Assembly: GCF_009914755.1 (NCBI RefSeq)
Contig: NC_060946.1
Length of the DNA stretch: 64,000 nt
Source of the DNA: the human T2T-CHM13v2.0 reference genome, Homo sapiens
Strand: one strand, 5' to 3'
Each line of letters begins with the position of its first letter. Within the stretch, counting starts at the first letter, position 1. Positions 28,264 to 40,523 of this stretch are shown one piece after another. The position numbers and the translations under genes were made by a program. The notes under the pieces were generated by a model that did no database searches, was not told where the DNA came from, and worked only from the letters and a program-made list of their open reading frames with translations.

Positions 28264-28879
28264 TTATAAAAATATTGCCAATCATACATTCGCGTGATCA
28301 CTCACACTGTGCCGGGCACTCTTGAGAGCACTTTACATATATTGTCTCATTTAATTCTCTCAACTTGGGCACAGGCACTGTCACTATTTCCATTCTACAG
28401 CTGAGGAGACTGAAGCACAGAGAGCCTTAGGGACTTGCCTGAGGTCACACAGCTAAGAAATGGTGGAGCCAGGATCAGAAACCAGGCCACCTACAGAGCT
28501 CCCTGCAAGGGGAACAGCATCCGGTTCCAGAGGCTGTGATTTTATCAGCTACACTGTGTGACTCCATCTTCACACTCTCCTGCCCCTCAAGAAGACATAT
28601 AACCTGATGGAAGATGTGGTCCGGGTGTCCTTGGAGCCCGCTGCCGCCCAGGAGGCTTTGACAGACAATAATTTGATGTACACTCATATGGACATGGCCA
28701 TATGCCCTGCAAGAGGCAGCCTAATGCAACGGTGAGAAGCCTGAACTGGGAGCCCGCAGGCCTGGGTTCAATCCCAGCTGTGTACTTCCTGGCTGTGTGA
28801 CCTTGGGCAGAGACCATACCTCTCTGAGCCTCAGTGTCTTCATTGGTAAGAAGGGGACAGTGCTGATGTTGACCCATGG

Positions 28880-29620
28880 GGCTGTAGGTGAAGGCCGCAG
28901 CTGCCCATCCGGAGTGGCCGCTGCTAAAACTCTGGCTGCAGCCGGGAGGCGTAGCTGGGGTCTCCTGCTCCACGGAGCAGGTAGGAGCCCTGCCCTCCCA
29001 GGCAGGGCTGCAGCTGCCTAAGTCTTGGCTGTGGACCCAGGCCTCCTGGTGCTGTTGGGGGCTGGGATCAGGCAAGAGCCCCGCTCTCCTGGGCGCAGCT
29101 GCAGCCACCCAAGTCGTGGCCACAGAGCCAGGTGTCCCTGCACTCTCAGGGGCCCTGGTCCAAACCCAAGCCTCCAGGTGATCTTGCAAGCAGGGAGCAC
29201 GCAGGAGACCCACCCTCCCGGGCACAGCTGCAGCTACCCAAGTTGTGGCTGTGGACCCAGGCATCCCTGCACTCTCAGGGTCTGGGAAGATCCCCCCTTG
29301 CCTCCGCAGGCTCAGAGCTGTCTGTTCCCACTGCTTGGCCTCTCCCCTGCTTCTGGCACCCGATCTGATCCTGGAGGCACAGTCGGGGCTACGCACTCTG
29401 TGGATCCAGTGTGAGTCGGGGACAAGCGGGACCCCTGCCCCTTCCGAGGTAGCCAGGAGCTCTCCTGGGGCAGCTGCAGCTGCCCAAGCCAGGACCCAGG
29501 CATCTCTACTGCCCCCACAAGCTCAGGGGTGTCTGCTCCCACTGTCTGGCCTCCTCCTGCTCCAGTGCCCACTCCAATCTCAGAGCGGGACCAAGCCCAG
29601 GCACTACCACAGCCTGGCAC
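28880..29620. mobile_element. MER52-like ERV1 LTR fragment with internal GC-rich repeats (intron 4)
   Basis: About 4 diverged copies of ctcccgggcgcagctgcagccacccaagtcgtggctgtggacccaggcatccctgcactctcaggg. Family assigned from memory. Confidence 0.6.
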
Positions 29621-30358
29621 GCTCGAGGCAGCACTGACTCACTGGCCCCAGCTGCCTCGGCCCCCTCTGGACTTTAGGCACCAATGAGCACAGGGGGATG
29701 GGAAGCCACGGGGGTGCAGGGGACAGCTTGGCACTGGCCTGCAGGTGCCCCTTGGCCCGAGCAGCCTGGGCAGAAGGAGGCGGGTCCCTGGTGAGGTCCC
29801 ACCTTCAGGCTGGGGAGGGCCTGAAAAACAAGGCCCTTGTTGGGCCTTGACCCAACAAGGTAGGTGCCATTATTATGCCCATTTTACAGAAGGGGAGACT
29901 GGGGCACAGGGGTTGCCCAATGTCACCCAGCTGGTGAGCCAGGGCTGGAGCATCCAGCTCCAGAGTCTACACCCTTCACCCCCCACACTGCACTGCACTG
30001 CCAAGCCCCCGGGAAGAGCTGGGTGTGGTCATTACAGTTACTGGAGTGCTGTCTTACTTGATAAGGAACACAAGTGTCACAGGACCCACAAAGCGCAGGG
30101 GAGACAGCAGGAGCAGAGGCAGAATGGCAGATGCCTCACATACAGAGGGTCCGTCGGCCCTGGGGCAGGCCTGAGTCCACTCCCTGGGGTGTCACCTGTT
30201 TTTCTCTGCCTCTTGCTCAGCGCTGGGCATCCTGCTTAGCCACAGCCCCAGCCATTGGGCCTCAGCTCTTCCCCTGGCATCCGGCCCACCCTGAGATCGC
30301 AGCCCGGAGCTGGGAGACCACCCTCTCCCTGCACTCTCTCCCTGGGTGGGCTACTCAC

Positions 30359-30437
30359 ATCTGGGGCTCCGAGGATCAGGTTGCAGGCCCAGGATGCTTG
30401 ACTCACGGGGAGCAGCTCACAGGTTTGGTTCCACCGC
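30359..30437 (-). CDS. IL2RB: IL2RB exon 4 (RWNQTCELLPVSQASWACNLILGAPD)
   Basis: Translation within ORF 30236..30484; AAG acceptor, GTGAGT donor; 79 nt. Confidence 0.96.
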
Positions 30438-31445
30438 CTTTCATGGCAAAAGACCCTCTTTAGAAGAACAGGAAGGACCCACACAGCTGGCCCAAGGGAC
30501 TCTTCTCAGATCTCTCTGCTGCCAGGATGGCACCAGGCAGCAAGGCCAGGCTGGGGCCCCTGTGCCAACCACTGTGAGGGGCACTGCCTCCCCCACTGGC
30601 TCCATGGCATTCCTCCCTCATGGGCACCTTGTCCTGCTCCCTCATCCCAGCCTGGTCCCACGGCAGCTGGAGTGATCTAGAAACACAAACCACTTCAAGA
30701 CAGGCAGTCCTCCCCACCTAGAGCCCTCCAAAGCTCCATGAGGCTTAGGATGAAGATAGATCCTTAATTAGGCCTTCAGAGCCGTGTGGAATCACCACCC
30801 ACCCAGAAGCCAGGGCCCGAACCTGCCTTACCCCTCCATCTCCCTCCCCATTTTCCCCCACCCCACACCCTATGGAATCCACCTGGGCCCAGCCACCTCT
30901 CTGTGGTCTTCCTCTTCTCCCTGACCCCATCAAGCCTACCTGGGGTCAGTCCCTCACTCACTGGCCGCCTGGATGTTTACATCACAGTGACATCTCTCTC
31001 CCATCCACCAGGCACCCAAACCACTCCCAGGTTCCCTGTCCCCACAGCTGCCTACAGGGTCTCTCAAAATCCGAGCTTATCCAAAAAGCTTGGGGACCCT
31101 CCTTTCTCCCCACTTCCTCTCTGCTTGCCTCTAGAGTGGAGTCCAGCCTTGGCATAGCAGGCTTGCAGCTCAGTGTCCCCAAACTACCCTGTCCAGTTCA
31201 TCCCCAGCCCCTCCACTGCAGCCTGGACTCCACCCAGGTTCTAGAAGTCTAAATAGCTGACTCCCAAATTCTCTTAAACGATCCCTTGATTCCAGGCCTG
31301 GGCCCCAACTCCTGTGATTCAAAAAGTCTGTGGGTCCCATTAGTCCAAGATTCTGTAAACGTTGACTCCTTGGAGTCCAGTGCATAGGATCCAGAATATG
31401 AGATCCCACCATCCTAAGATTCTGCAGTGTGGCCAGTGGACTCAC

Positions 31446-31560
31446 CGTCTGTCCGGCCAGGCATGGACTTGGCAGGAAGTGTCCTGCAGAGCCCCATCTT
31501 GGCTCCAGACACAGGAGATGTTGGCTCTCGAGTTGTAGAAGCATGTGAACTGGGAAGTGC
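31446..31560 (-). CDS. IL2RB: IL2RB exon 3 (GTSQFTCFYNSRANISCVWSQDGALQDTSCQVHAWPDRR; D1 with conserved Cys pair/CxW)
   Basis: Translation within ORF 31442..31699; CAG acceptor and GTGAGT donor; 115 nt. Confidence 0.97.
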
Positions 31561-31807
31561 CTGCCGGGCAAGATGAGGTGTGAGTGCTGACTGTAGGTGC
31601 CCACAGCCCCCCCAAGACACGCCCACTGCCCCTGCACCTGGCACCCACACCTGCCAGAGGAGGAGGTGGGTAACTCTGGCAAGCGGAGAAGGGATTCATG
31701 GACCCACTTCAGAGAGGAGGAAATGGAGCTCCAGAGCCTGCAAGTTCCTACAGGCAAACTAAGGCAAGGCAGGGACAGAAAGTAGCACAAGCCTGTGGCT
31801 TGGAGAG

Positions 31808-31809
<2 letters not shown>

Positions 31810-31844
<35 letters not shown>
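31810..31844. repeat. (GT)n microsatellite (intron 2)
   Basis: Read directly. Confidence 0.95.
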
Positions 31845-31847
<3 letters not shown>

Positions 31848-32007
31848 ATTCATGCATGCATGCCAGGGCAGGGGTCCAGGACAGAGGGTGAGGCAGGAGG
31901 TGGACACCTGGTCTCTGGCCCCATCCCCTTCTGGGAAGAGGCTTTAGCAGGGCCTTAGCCATCTCTCCATAGGGAAAGCAGAGCTGTTCAGATGTCAGGG
32001 TCCTCAC

Positions 32008-32095
32008 CATTCACCGCTGCAGATGCCCAAGAGGTAGCCAGGGGCAGGAGGAGGATGAGGAGGGGCAGACGCCAGGACAGAGCAGGGGCCGCCAT
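32008..32095 (-). CDS. IL2RB: IL2RB exon 2 coding part: signal peptide MAAPALSWRLPLLILLLPLATSWASAAVN (whole exon 32008-32128)
   Basis: ATG at 32095-32093, hydrophobic leader, acceptor AG at 32130-32129, donor GTGAGG. Confidence 0.97.
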
Positions 32096-32386
32096 TACAT
32101 CCACAGGGTGGAGCCGAGGAAGGAAGCCCTGGTGGGAGAGGAGAAAGAGAGAGCACACGTAAATACACATCCCAGGCCTCGCTGCCCCTAGAGGCAGGCT
32201 GGGCCCGCCCCCTCAGTGTGCATGGTCTGCACTCCTCGGTGCCAGCTCAGTCCAGCCCCAGGGCCTTTGCACCTGCTAATCCCACCACCCTACACATGCT
32301 CACACCCTTCCTTCAAGTTTCTGCTCAACTGCAGCCTCCTTTGAGAGGTCTTCTTTGACTAGACTACATAAAGAAGCACCCGTCGT

Positions 32387-32683
32387 GGCCAGGCGTGTGG
32401 CTCATGCCTGTAATCCCAGCACTTTGGGAGGTCGAGGCAGACGAATCACCTGAGGTCAAGAGTTTGAGACCAGCCTGACCAACATGGTGAAACCCTGTCT
32501 CTACTAAAAATACAAAAATTAGCCGGGCAAGGTGGTGGGTGCCTGTAGTCCCAGCTACTCGGGAGTCTAAGACAGGAGAATTGCTTGAACCTGGAGGCGG
32601 AGTTTGCAGTGAACCGAGATGGCACCACTGCACTCCAGCCTGGACGACAGAGTAAGACTCTGTCTCAAAGAAAAAAATAAAAG
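32387..32683 (+). mobile_element. AluS (intron 1)
   Basis: Full Alu; TSD aaagaagcaccc. Confidence 0.92.
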
Positions 32684-35600
32684 AAGCACCCTTTGTTACT
32701 CACCACCCCCCTACATTTTCATCATAGCATTATTTATTCATCGTTTATTGACTGATTCATGTTTTCCTCTATCTCTCTTCACAAACACACACAGAGTCAC
32801 GTAAGCTCACTAAGGACAGGTATTTTTGTGTTTTGTTCATTGCTAGGTCCACAATTCCTAGAACAGTGCCTGGCACATAGTAGGCATCTGGCCAAAAAAA
32901 ATTCTTGAACAAACAAGTGATGGAATAAATATAGACAGAGCTAAAGTCAGCAGGTAGAGGGGCTTCCAGAGGGCTCTGAGGCTAGCCCCTGCCTCTGCCC
33001 CTCACTGTCCCTCGAGGGAGCTGAGGCAATGGTGTGAAGGCATCAGGACGCGAACTCGGAAAAGCAGAAAAGCAGATAGGAGCTCTGACCCAAACACTGA
33101 AGAGCCCTAGAGGACAGGGGAAACTGAGGCACAGAGGGCTGCAGTAGCCTTTACGGAGGACCTTGTCCACACTCGTACTCCCCTACCTGCCTGGAAGCTC
33201 CCTGGAGGCAGGGCCAGGTTGGTCACCCAGATTATACCCCAGGGAGGAAAGAGACATGAAATCTCTAAGCCAGCCCTGTCAGAGGGAGGCTCAAAAGTTT
33301 TCCCGGAGTGCCTATTATGCACTGGCCACTGGCCAGTGCTTTATTTATTTACTTTTTTTTTTTGAGACAAAGACTTGCTTCTCAGGGAACCTCTAGCCAA
33401 CCGTGGAAGCTCCCGTGAGGCAAGACCACAACTGTCGCAGCGGAAATGGGAAAGAAAAGTAGCTGCCCCCACCCTCTGCAGGGGCTGGGTGTGCGGAGGG
33501 GAATGAGAAAGTGAGCACATGGTCACTTCGGGAAGATAAGGGGACTGCTTCCAGGAGAGGTGTTTGGAGCAGGCAAAGGGGGAGGCAGGGAGATGAGGAG
33601 GGAGCTTCCAGGGAAAGATGAGGGTAGCCTCAGTCAGAGGGGCAGGGGGAGAGGGGAGAGGAGCAGGTGAGTCAAGAGATGTGGAGGAGGTGGAACATCC
33701 TTCCCTCCCTCCTGCTCTTCCATCTCGAGAGCTTCCAAGGCTCCTGAGCGTTGGGCATTTCCCCCGCTGTTCCCCCTTCTCCAGCGGCTCCAAACTCGAG
33801 CTCTCACTCCCCTTCCCTTCTCTCTCTTGAGCCTCTCACTGGCTCCAGCCCTCAGCTTCCCAGGGTCTTTCTCCAGCTCAGCCCCAAGCCTCCACGTCCC
33901 TCCCGATGGTCTGCAGGACCCCCTCACAGGGGATGCTCCTGGACCCGGCAAAAACCCAGCTCATCCCCAGCTCTTCTCCTGTCTGACTTTCAGTTCTGGG
34001 ACAACTGTACCCTTCCTATTCCAGGTGACCTTTGCCCCCATACCTAGCCAGTCAGGACTCTCCTCAGACAGCAGGACACTCCAGTGACTACTTGTTGTCT
34101 CTTCCCCACCCTCACCAGGCCAGCCTCGTGCCGTTCCAGCCCAGACAACGGCACCACCCCATCTGCAGGCTCTCACCTGCCTTCCCTGAAGCCCGCCTCC
34201 AACCACCCACATCCCTGCCCAGGAACCTGCAGTGGCCCTGTTGCAATCAAAGCCTAAATTCCCATTTTCGAGGCTTTCTGGGACCGGAATGAGGTCAGCC
34301 CACCCTTCCAGACCCTGCCCTCACAGGAGCAGGTGCATGTACCCAGGCCAAAGCACACACACACCGCACCTACCTGCCTGCACAAGCCAGTGGCTCCAGG
34401 TGACCAGGAAACCGACACTCACCCTCCAAAGGTCCTTCCCAAGTCTATCCTTTCCCTGGGTCCCCTACAGATCCTGCCATCCTTCAAGCCCATTTCAAAC
34501 GGGCCCTCATGCCTTTTTCCATGAAGCCTTCCCTGATTTCCGTGATGGAGGGCGAGGGCTTCCTCTTCTGAGCGCCTTGCTCCTCCCTCTAGGCTGGCAG
34601 CAGCAGGGCCGGCGTTGACCAGGGGCTGGCCCACCAGCACACTCGCTCCAGGGACTGCTGAGCACAGGGCCGGGCACACAGTCGGTGCTCAATAAATGTA
34701 GTGAAATGAATGAGTGTGGTCAGAGGCCTCAGTACGGCAAAAAAAAAAAAGCAGAGCTCTTTAGGTGGCCCTGGATTGTCTCGTGGCTTACATCAGAGCC
34801 AGCATGGAGCAGGGACACACACCCTGGCCCCAAGAGCCATGGGTTCCATCTCCTAAGGCAGATGTCACAGGAGTGAGAGTCAGAGGCCCACGCACTGTCA
34901 AAGCTGCAAAGGCTCTCTGAGCAAGCACAGTCCCTTGTTCTACATTTGAGAACACTGAGGTCCCGAAGTGGGAAAGACTTGCTGAAGGTTACATCAGGAG
35001 CCCAGCACAGAGCTGGGATCAGAACCCAACTCCACGCCGCTCTGCCACCCCCTTAATCACACCAAAACCATCGGCTGACAGGTTACTGTAAGCCAGGCTC
35101 CATTTAAAACTCTTTAAATGCAGCAATCAGGGCCTCTGGCGGGGATACTCTTATTATCCCCATTTTCCAATGAGGAAACGGAGGCACACAGAGGTGAAGT
35201 GCGTTGCCTAAGGTCATGCAGTGGATAAGAGGCCTTTCTGGAATCTGAGTCAGGGCAGACTGCCCAGTGCCCAGGCAGGGATCCTCCCCTCCTGGAACTC
35301 CCCAGACGCATCTTCCCACCACGACAGCTCACACGACAGTAAATATGCACTGGTGAACTAATAATACTCGTTCTGTGTACTGAGCACATACTCTATGCTA
35401 GGCCTGGGGCCAAGTGCCTCACATATGCCAGCTCGTCTAAGCTGCCCAATGGCTTTATTATCCCATTCTACAGATGAGGAAACTAAGGCTCCAAGCCCCT
35501 AACTTGCCCAGGGTCATAAACACAGTAAGAGGTGGAGCTAGGGCTCCAGGCTCACTCTCTCATGCTGTCCCACCCTGCCAGACACTGGTCCCAGAGGTAA

Positions 35601-37747
35601 GGCTGCCACCCTCTCTGTCCTGGGAGTCAGGACCCAGCAGCTCACAGACAGACTGGCAGGTGCTTATTCGGGGTACCATGGGCTCGCCTTTGCCTGGCCT
35701 ACCGTCTCCACAGGAGGGTGAGCTCCCCAGGGTGGGGGCTGCTCACCTCTTTCTTGGGATCCCCCAATAGCAGAGGGCACAGGGTTGGGACCCCAAAGAG
35801 TGCATAGCCCAACCAGGGGACTCCCATAGCCCCTATGCCCCTTCACGCTCAATCATGCCAACCTGGCCCTGGGGCAAGGGGACCATCAATGTTTTGTGTG
35901 GGTGTCACCCCAGGTCGGGCCCAGCCTCAGGATGACCCCATGCCCAGGACAGGAACTGCAGAGAGCCCCAGTGTGTGAGGAAGGTGCTGAGGGACAAAGG
36001 GGTGCAAGGTCAAAGGAAGGTTAGGGGTAAACCACAGGCCCAGCCTAGAGGCAGCCGGGCAGGAGGAGAAAGCGCCATCTGGAGTCTGCTTCCCGCCGCC
36101 TGGAGCTCAGAGGTGCAGCGATGCTCGGAGAGGGCAGAGTCCACGGGAGGATGGTGTGGGGGTGCCAGAGGGGCACAGAGCTGAGGGAGCGCCTGGCAGT
36201 CACTGAGGCTGCACCCTCATTCTGCAATGGGGAAGCTGTGCCTCAGGGAGGCCAAGGAACCCACTTAAGGTTGCACGGTGAGGAGAAGCCCAGCCTCGGG
36301 TGACAGCAAGTGGAGCCCAGGACCTCGAGTTTGAGCACCCCCTCCTGGGTCCTCAGGCACACCCACACGTGCCCTGTCGTTCATGACTCTGAAACTGGTC
36401 ACACCCACGGATGCCTACGTCCCCACCACAGCCCTGCAAGGTGGGTCTTGCTGCCCCATTTGATCCATGCCAGAACTGAAGCCCAGAGCGGCTGACCCCA
36501 GCCATCTGATTTTCAGAGAGATGCTGCTGGGGACAGGGACTGGTGCCTGCTCTCTCTCTGCCTACACTGCCTGCCCTGAGCGCTCGGGGGTAGTTCAGCT
36601 TTTAGCCCTCCCTACAGCCCCATGAGGAGGCTCTAGTATGCCTCCTTTTTGCCAAATGAGGAGACTAAGAAACGGGTCAACCTCTCACCCAGGCGAGAAG
36701 GGCATAGAGCTGGGATTTGAACCTGGTCAGGTGCAGTTCGGGGCCCCTGCTGCCATCAGGGGTATATGGTGGCTGGGGCAGGGTGGTAAAGCAGGAGCTT
36801 GGGAGCCCATGGTGCATCCAACTTGACCTCTGAACTCAATGGGGCCTATGTCCCCTCGTCCTCTCTGGCCACCTCCACCTGCCACCCCCCTGCTCCCATA
36901 CACAGTGCTTGTCTCTTGCTATTTAACTTCAGGGGCTTCTCCAGCTGGGTGCGGGACCCTGGCTGTGGGGGAAGGAAGGGGACCCTTGGGGATAGCTCAG
37001 CTCCTCACTCCACCTCCCTCCCCCGAGGTGCTACAAACACAGTTAAGAGTGGGAGGCTTCGGCCCCCAGGAGAGGAGAGAGCATGAGCTCCAGGCAGCCC
37101 CAAAGATAGGGTCCCATCCCCAATGTCCGGAGATGCTTCTGACCTGTCCAGTCATGCAGCCAAGGGAGGGACAAACCCAGACTCAAACCCAGGGCTCTGC
37201 CTCCAGCCTGGGGCTCCCAGAGGCCTCGCAGCAACTTCACTTCATAGATGGCTCTCCAAGGGGACCCTTCTGTCCCCACTTACTCCACAAGCCTCCTGAT
37301 GAGCACGCAACACAGGGCTGCCTCCCCCGGTATATGGGCCCCACTCCACAGAGGTCAGGAGGGGGCTCCCGCCTGTCCCACCCCATATCCCGTACCCTCT
37401 CCGGGCACCCAGGCTATCCACCCATCCCTTCTCCACCTCTCCGGGTTGGGGGCCCAGCACACAGAGCCCAGGGAAGCCCCTCATCCCACAGCAGTCCCTA
37501 GCCTCCCCTGAATGGGTTGGGAAGGAGAGCTGACCTGGGACTGGGGACCGCTTTTTCCTCCAGCCAGGAGCCATGAGAGCTGGGCCCAACCCCTCCCTAG
37601 GGGAATTCTAAGACAAAGTTGGGGGATGGGAGTTCAGGCAGAAACTGCTGGGGGAACTGAGTCAGAGCTGAAAGTCTTCTCTGTGACTTTCACTCCCAGC
37701 CCTCTGGCTGGTCCACAGGGGCCGGGAGGGAGGCAGGGGGACATCAC

Positions 37748-37845
37748 CTGGCTGAGACATGGGGCGGTGGCAGCGCGCGCTCTCCAGTCCTCCCCGGTGC
37801 TGGGACCGTGGCCATCTCTCCAGGGCCCTGCTGAGCTCTGGCTGC
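37748..37845 (-). other. IL2RB: IL2RB exon 1 (5' UTR)
   Basis: Reads GCAGCCAGAGCTCAGCAGG...TCTCAGCCAG|GTGATG with the donor GT at 37747-37746. Matches the IL2RB leader as I recall it; TSS approximate. Confidence 0.9.
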
Positions 37846-38008
37846 TGGGGCCGCAAAGACTAAAAGCCCAGAGCCAGCCCACTTCCTGTGCAGAGGATAG
37901 AGGGGCAAGGCCTGGGGTGGAGAGGCGGGGAGACGAGGCTTATGAGAAAGCCTGAAACTCCTCAAGCACCCAGGGCCAGATAAAGATCTGCCTCCTACGC
38001 TGGGGGCG

Positions 38009-38062
<54 letters not shown>

Positions 38063-38345
38063 ACATTGTCAAATAGGGGCCTAGCTGCACACAGGAGCCA
38101 AGGGAACGCAGGCCCTCCCTCTCTCCCCTCCTACATCACCCCCACGCCAACTCACACAGGCTACCCAACACCTCTGACGCCTCCATCCGGTCACACACAT
38201 ACCCACTAATACGTAGGCTTCACACAAGCAGGTCCCTCTAGGTGACCCCAGCGTCTCACCCTCCTCCCAGCCTGCAACACACCATCTTTCCGAGACTCCC
38301 ATTTCACCCAGCCTTCCAGGAAGCCCCTTACTCCGTTTAGCATTC
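37846..38345 (-). promoter_or_regulatory. IL2RB: IL2RB proximal TATA-less promoter
   Basis: ETS core CAGGAAGT 37881-37888, AGATAA 37978-37983, Egr-1-type GCGTAGGAGG 37991-38000 next to a GC box 38001-38010, GAS-like TTCCAGGAA 38314-38322. Fits published Ets/Egr-1/Sp1 control of IL2RB. Confidence 0.8.
38010..38057. repeat. (CA)24 microsatellite in the IL2RB promoter
   Basis: Read directly. Confidence 0.95.
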
Positions 38346-38355
38346 AGAGATGACT

Positions 38356-40523
38356 GTTTTTTTTAGTTTTTAATTTTGTGGGCATGTGGTAGGTGTCTAT
38401 ATTCATGAGGCACATGAGCTATTTTGATACAGGCATACAATGTATAATAATCACATCAGGGTAAATGGGGTATCCATCACCTCAAGTATTTATCCTTTCT
38501 TTGTGTTAAAATCCAAGTATACTCTTTTAGTTATTTTTAAATGTACAATAAATTATTGTTGACTAAAGTCACCCTGTTATGCTATCAAATACTAGATCTT
38601 ATTCATTCGATCTAATTCTGTTTTCGTACCCAACAACAATCCCCACCCCTCCAACCCCCACTGCCCTTCCCATCTCCATCACTGCCCTTCCCATTTCCAT
38701 GAATTCAATTGTTTTAATTTTTAGCTCCCACAAATAAGTGAGAACATGTGAGCTTTGTCTTTTTGTGCCTGGCCTGTTTCACTTAACATAATGACCTCCA
38801 GTTTCAAACATGTGGTTGCAAAGACAGGATCTCATTCTTTTTCATGGCTGAATAGTACTCCATTGCATATATGTACCACATTTTCTTTATTCATTCATCT
38901 GTTGATGGGCACTTAGGTTGCTTCCAAATCCTGGGTATTGTGAACAGTGCTGCAACAAATGTGGGAATGCAGATGTCTCTTCCATATACTGATTTCCTTT
39001 CTTCTGGGTATATACTCAGCAGTGGGATTGCTGGATCATATAGTAGTTCTATTTTTAGTGTTTTGAGGACTCTTCAAACTGTTCTTTATAGTGGTTGTAC
39101 TAATTTACATTCCCACCAACAGTGTACGAGAGTTCCCTTTTCTCCCCACCCTCACCAGCATTCATTATTGCCTGCCTTTTGGATAAAAGTCATTTTAACT
39201 GAGGTGAGATAATATCTCATTGTAGTTTTGACATGCATTTCTCTGATGATCAATGATGTTGAGCACCTTTTCATAAACTTATATGTTTTCTTTTGAGAAC
39301 TGTCTATTCAGATCATTTGCCCAATTTTTGATGGGATTTCTATAATTTTTTTCCATAAAGATGTTTGAGCTCCTTATCTAGTCCAGTTATTAATCCCTTG
39401 TCAGATAGTTTGCAAATATTTTCTCCCATTCTGTGGGTTGTCTCTTCACTTTGCTGATTGCATCCTTTGCTGTGTAGAAGCCTTTTAACTTGATGTGATC
39501 TCATCTATCATTTCTGCTTTGGTTGCATGTGCTGGTGGGGTATTGCTCAAGAAATCTTTGCCTAGTCCCATGTCCTAAAGAGTTTCCCCAATGTTCCTTT
39601 TAGTAGTTTCATAGTTTGAGGTCTCAGATTTAAGTCTTTAATCCATTTGGATTTGATTTTTGTATATGAAGAGAGATGAGGGTCTAGTTTCATTCTTCTG
39701 CATATGGATATCCAGTTTTCCCAGCAACATTTATTGAAAAGACTGGCCTTTCCCCAAAGGTATGTTTTTGGCAATTTTGTTGAAAATAAGTTCACTGTAG
39801 GTGTGTGGATTTGTTTCTGGGTTCCCTATTCTGACCAATGGTTCATTGGTCAATGCATCTGTTTTTACGCTAGCGCCACGCTGTTTTGGTTACTGTAGCT
39901 CTGTGGTATAATTTGAAGTCAGATAATGTGATTTGTCCAGTTTCACTCTTTTTGCTTAGGATGGCTTTGGCTACTCTGCATCTTTTGTGGTTCCATATAA
40001 ATTTGACGATTATTTTTTCTACTTCTGTGAAGAATGTCATTAGTATTTTGATAGGGATTACATTGAGTCTGTATATTTCTTTGGGTGGTATGGACATTTT
40101 AACAATATTGATTCTTCCAATCCATAAACATAGAATATCTTTTTATTTTTTGTGTCCTCTTCAGTTTCTTGCACCAACGTTTTATAGTTTTCATTATAGA
40201 GATCTTTCACTTTTTTGGTTACGTTTATTCCTAGGTATTTTATTTTATTTGTAGCTATTCCAAATGGAGTTATTTTCTTGATTTCTTTTTCAGATTGTTT
40301 GCTGTTGGTACATAGAAATACTACTAACTTTTGTATGTTGATTTTGTATTCTGCAGCTTAACTGAATTTGTTTATCAGTTCTCATAGTTTTGTGGTGGCG
40401 TTTTTAGGCTTTTTGAAATATAAGATAATATCGTCTACAAACAAGGATAATTTGACTTCTTCCTTTCCAATTTGGATGCCCTTTACTTCTTTCTCTTGTC
40501 TGTTTGTTCTAGCTAGCACTTCC
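38356..40523 (-). mobile_element. 5'-truncated L1 (L1MA-type): ORF2 C-terminal remnant + 3' UTR
   Basis: ORF2-like fragments ([19 protein letters not shown]; [23 protein letters not shown]), a T-rich tail at the left end, and a perfect 11-bp TSD cagagatgact (38345-38355, 40524-40534). Confidence 0.92.

Noticed and set aside
28587-29637. 269-aa repetitive ORF and neighbours in intron 4
   Set aside because: They arise from the internal repeats of a MER52-like LTR.
38871-40254. L1 ORF2-like peptides
   Set aside because: Fragmented by stops and frameshifts; a dead, 5'-truncated element.
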